Source: Blasia pusilla (Eukaryota). Taken from it: a stretch of 64,000 nucleotides of DNA. Below the pieces are notes generated by a model, which did no database searches, was not told the DNA's origin, and saw only the letters and a list, made by a program, of their open reading frames with translations. Positions 61,477 through 64,000 of this stretch are shown piece after piece. The stretch is taken from the NCBI GenBank assembly GCA_050084515.1, contig CM114271.1, positions 7,998,001 through 8,062,000 on the forward strand. Direction: 5' to 3'. Every line of letters starts with the position of its first letter. Positions within the stretch are counted from its first letter, which is position 1. A program made the position numbers and the translations under genes.

Positions 61477-64000
61477 TCATCTAGCGGTCCTTCCTCAATC
61501 ATAAATAATTCAACCACAAGCTCGTGATTCTTATGTACAAGTGAATGAAAATTTCCTCTCACTCTGATTTCTTCTCCAAATTGGAATATTTTTGTTTCTA
61601 AGGATGTAAGGATGGATGGAACAGAGGACGTCGTAGGTGAGACAGTCGAGCCAGGGATTGGAGATTCCAAAGTATGGAATCTCCTACCTTACACAAATGG
61701 ACAATATATAGTGTATGGCTTGCCTATAGAGCCTTCTGTTTCTCAAGTTGACGGTCTATAATTTCCTAATGCACCGAGCTCCACGTTTTCCACTCGTGCC
61801 TCTAGAGATCCAACATCGACTCCAACTTCAAACGTTTGTGATAATATTGTACTTCCTGAAGAGATTTTGGATGTCGTCGACCTCACGGGATCTATTGGAC
61901 ACCAACCGGACCCTACCTCTGCCTACTCATTCGTGTTGCGAGTTTCGGGCAATAGTTTGTTGTCGTCTTTGCCCTTGAAATTTTTGAAGCACATTCTTGT
62001 TGACAAGCTGCCGCCCACGTATGATGGAAATTGTATTTTCGAGTTGCCTCCTCTTGCAGGTCCCGCTCAAAAGAAAGATGGAGGAGGCTTGAAGGGTATG
62101 GACAAAAAGTCTGACTATCATCGATGGTGCAGGCTACAACGGACTAGTGCTTCAATTCCAGGTGGTGCTTGGATTGTTTCTTGCCGCCAATGCATTGGAG
62201 CCCTGGACTGTAGAAGTTATGGCTACTCGTTTCTCGAGCGCAATGAGCGAGTAAATACGTCGCAATTCCCCCCAAAAAATGTAGAAACTCCATATGAGGT
62301 TGGTGCGACCATAACGCCAGGAGGCCATCGATGTCCTTATTGTCAGGCCTCCCCTTTCTACATTAGAATGTGTCCAACATACACTTTTTTCATTGTGCAC
62401 AACTATAATTCTACGTCTGAGTACACAAGGCTTGCACTTCATGTTGAGTCCCACACTCATCCTATTTTTGGTGCAATTCACATACACATCAAGGAGGATA
62501 TGGCAAAGAAAGTGGCTGAGGTATATAGAAATTCTCCGTGATCAAAGCCCGGAGTGATCAAATTGACAACGTCACAAATTTGTGAACAATTTCTTTGAAT
62601 CCTTGGCCAGGGCAAGATCACGGTTGCCGAGGAGAAAAATTGGCATTTCTCGTTGATCCCGAATGCTTCAGAAACTTGCTACGTCACATACGAGTACTTG
62701 ATGAAATGGATGCCATCACCAGGATCAAGGCTAACTCCATGTTTTCATTTATTCAAAGATGGAAATTCATGGGCCAAGGAGGAAAGGGATCTAGAGCTTA
62801 TATCTTAAAAATGTCTACGACAGAGCCGTCCGCTGGCCTCAATCTTCTTCATAGAATGAGGGAAGGAGAAGATCTTTATAGCAGTTGGGTAAGCTTTGAT
62901 ATTTGTTACAGGGTGTTGAATGGACGGTTGACCATGGGTGCACACATTTACGACCATGTGAAGAAGGGACTCAAAACCATTTTTGTTTATGAGGTAAAAG
63001 CAGAAGACTTTGGAAGTTTGAAGATGTGCTGGTTATTCTTATTAGAGGTGGTGAAACAAAACAAAAGAGCACCTTTTGAAATTTATGGGTTCATGGCGGA
63101 CAATGCACAACCGAGATGGATTGCTATTAGAGAAGTGTTATGGGGTGGAGAAGTTCAACCAGAGAGAGAAAGGTCGGATGTTTTCCATTGGGAAGAGTCT
63201 GTGACTTGGTGCACCAAATCTTGCATCAAGGAGAATAAGAGAATAGAGCATGTTGCTCTACTCCAACGCTGCAAGGACAGAAAAACCTTAAAACAAGCCA
63301 TGGAGTGTCAAGAAGAACTTCATGGATGGTGGTGGAAGCATGCAATTGAGGGGAAATACAACGAGTTTAGTTCTTGGCTCAGTTGGTGGATCGTACGTAT
63401 GAGACAATGGGGAAACTTCATACGGCATGTGAGTTCAACATTTTCTCCTTTCTAGCTCACATGAAGAAATTGTTGAAAAAAATATGGTTGAAATCCAAGG
63501 TTGAAATCCATGAGAATGAAAGGGATTCCAAACTCTGAATCCAAGAAACCCATCGAAAATGACTGGTTGCCTTATTGTGCAACCCGTAAGAACCCGAAGA
63601 GTTGCATCACTCTGCAACCCGTTGGAAATCCGACGGGTTGCAAGTTGCAAGAAAGTATACTAAGTCAGCAAACCTCCGTTTTTCGACGAGTTGCAAGGTG
63701 TGTCTACCTACAATCCGTAAAATTCTGACAGGTTGCATCAGTTTGCAAGTCGTCAGATCCCGACGGCTTGCAAGTTCCAAGTGCGCAAGTTTACTCAGTC
63801 TGCAACTCGTCAGATTCCGACAGGTTGCATTAGTCTACAACCCGTCAGATCTTGACGGGTTGCAAGTTCCAAGTGTGCAAGTTTACTCAATTTGCAACCC
63901 CTCAGATTTTGCCAGTTTGCAAGTTTTTCCCTGTTGACACTTCTTGCAACTTGTCGAAATCCAACGGGTTCAAAGTCTGAAATTTGGTGAAAAAAATTCT
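61477..64000 (+). pseudogene. MULE-type transposase, copy 3 (first large exon plus palindrome-rich intron)
   Basis: ORFs 61867-62541 and 62595-63455: CIGALDC..RCPYCQASP..HVESHTHP; SFDICYRV, GFMADNA, RSDVFHW; donor GTGAGT at 63429. Confidence 0.87.

Larger units (their letters stand above)
54300..64000 (+). mobile_element. Mutator-like MTase-carrying transposon, copy 3 (runs off the window)
   Basis: Terminus GGGGCTGGTATTCTGGCACGAGAGAGGAAGAGAGG; same gene pair and palindromes as copies 1 and 2. Confidence 0.88.

Overview
Eukaryotic, transposon-dense genomic DNA, most likely from a non-seed land plant (bryophyte/lycophyte-like; inferred from TE families and one conserved plastid-protein gene). 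One intact host gene is present: a 7-exon minus-strand gene (7883-10317, 263 aa) for a chloroplast protein with a twin-arginine lumen-type signal. It lies next to a 217/241/495-bp tandem array (2.7-6.8 kb). The rest is nested, decayed TEs. These are a TG..CA retroelement with gag, protease and a C5-DNA-methyltransferase motif-I remnant plus split terminal repeats (11.7-18.5 kb), a related PHD-integrase element, a Ty3/gypsy element with iMet PBS (34.7-54.0 kb), two LTR families, and three copies of a ~12.7-kb Mutator-like DNA transposon. The middle Mutator-like copy is bounded by a perfect 9-bp TSD. Each copy pairs a DDE/SWIM transposase gene with a divergently transcribed, intron-containing gene ending in a beta-class N6-adenine/N4-cytosine DNA-methyltransferase-like domain. 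Its introns and intergenic spacer are filled with a 29-bp palindrome (TGCAACCCGTCGGA-N-TCCGACGGGTTGCA). This MULE + amino-MTase + palindrome array is the best candidate for an undescribed system. All family calls come from manual motif recognition; no searches were run.
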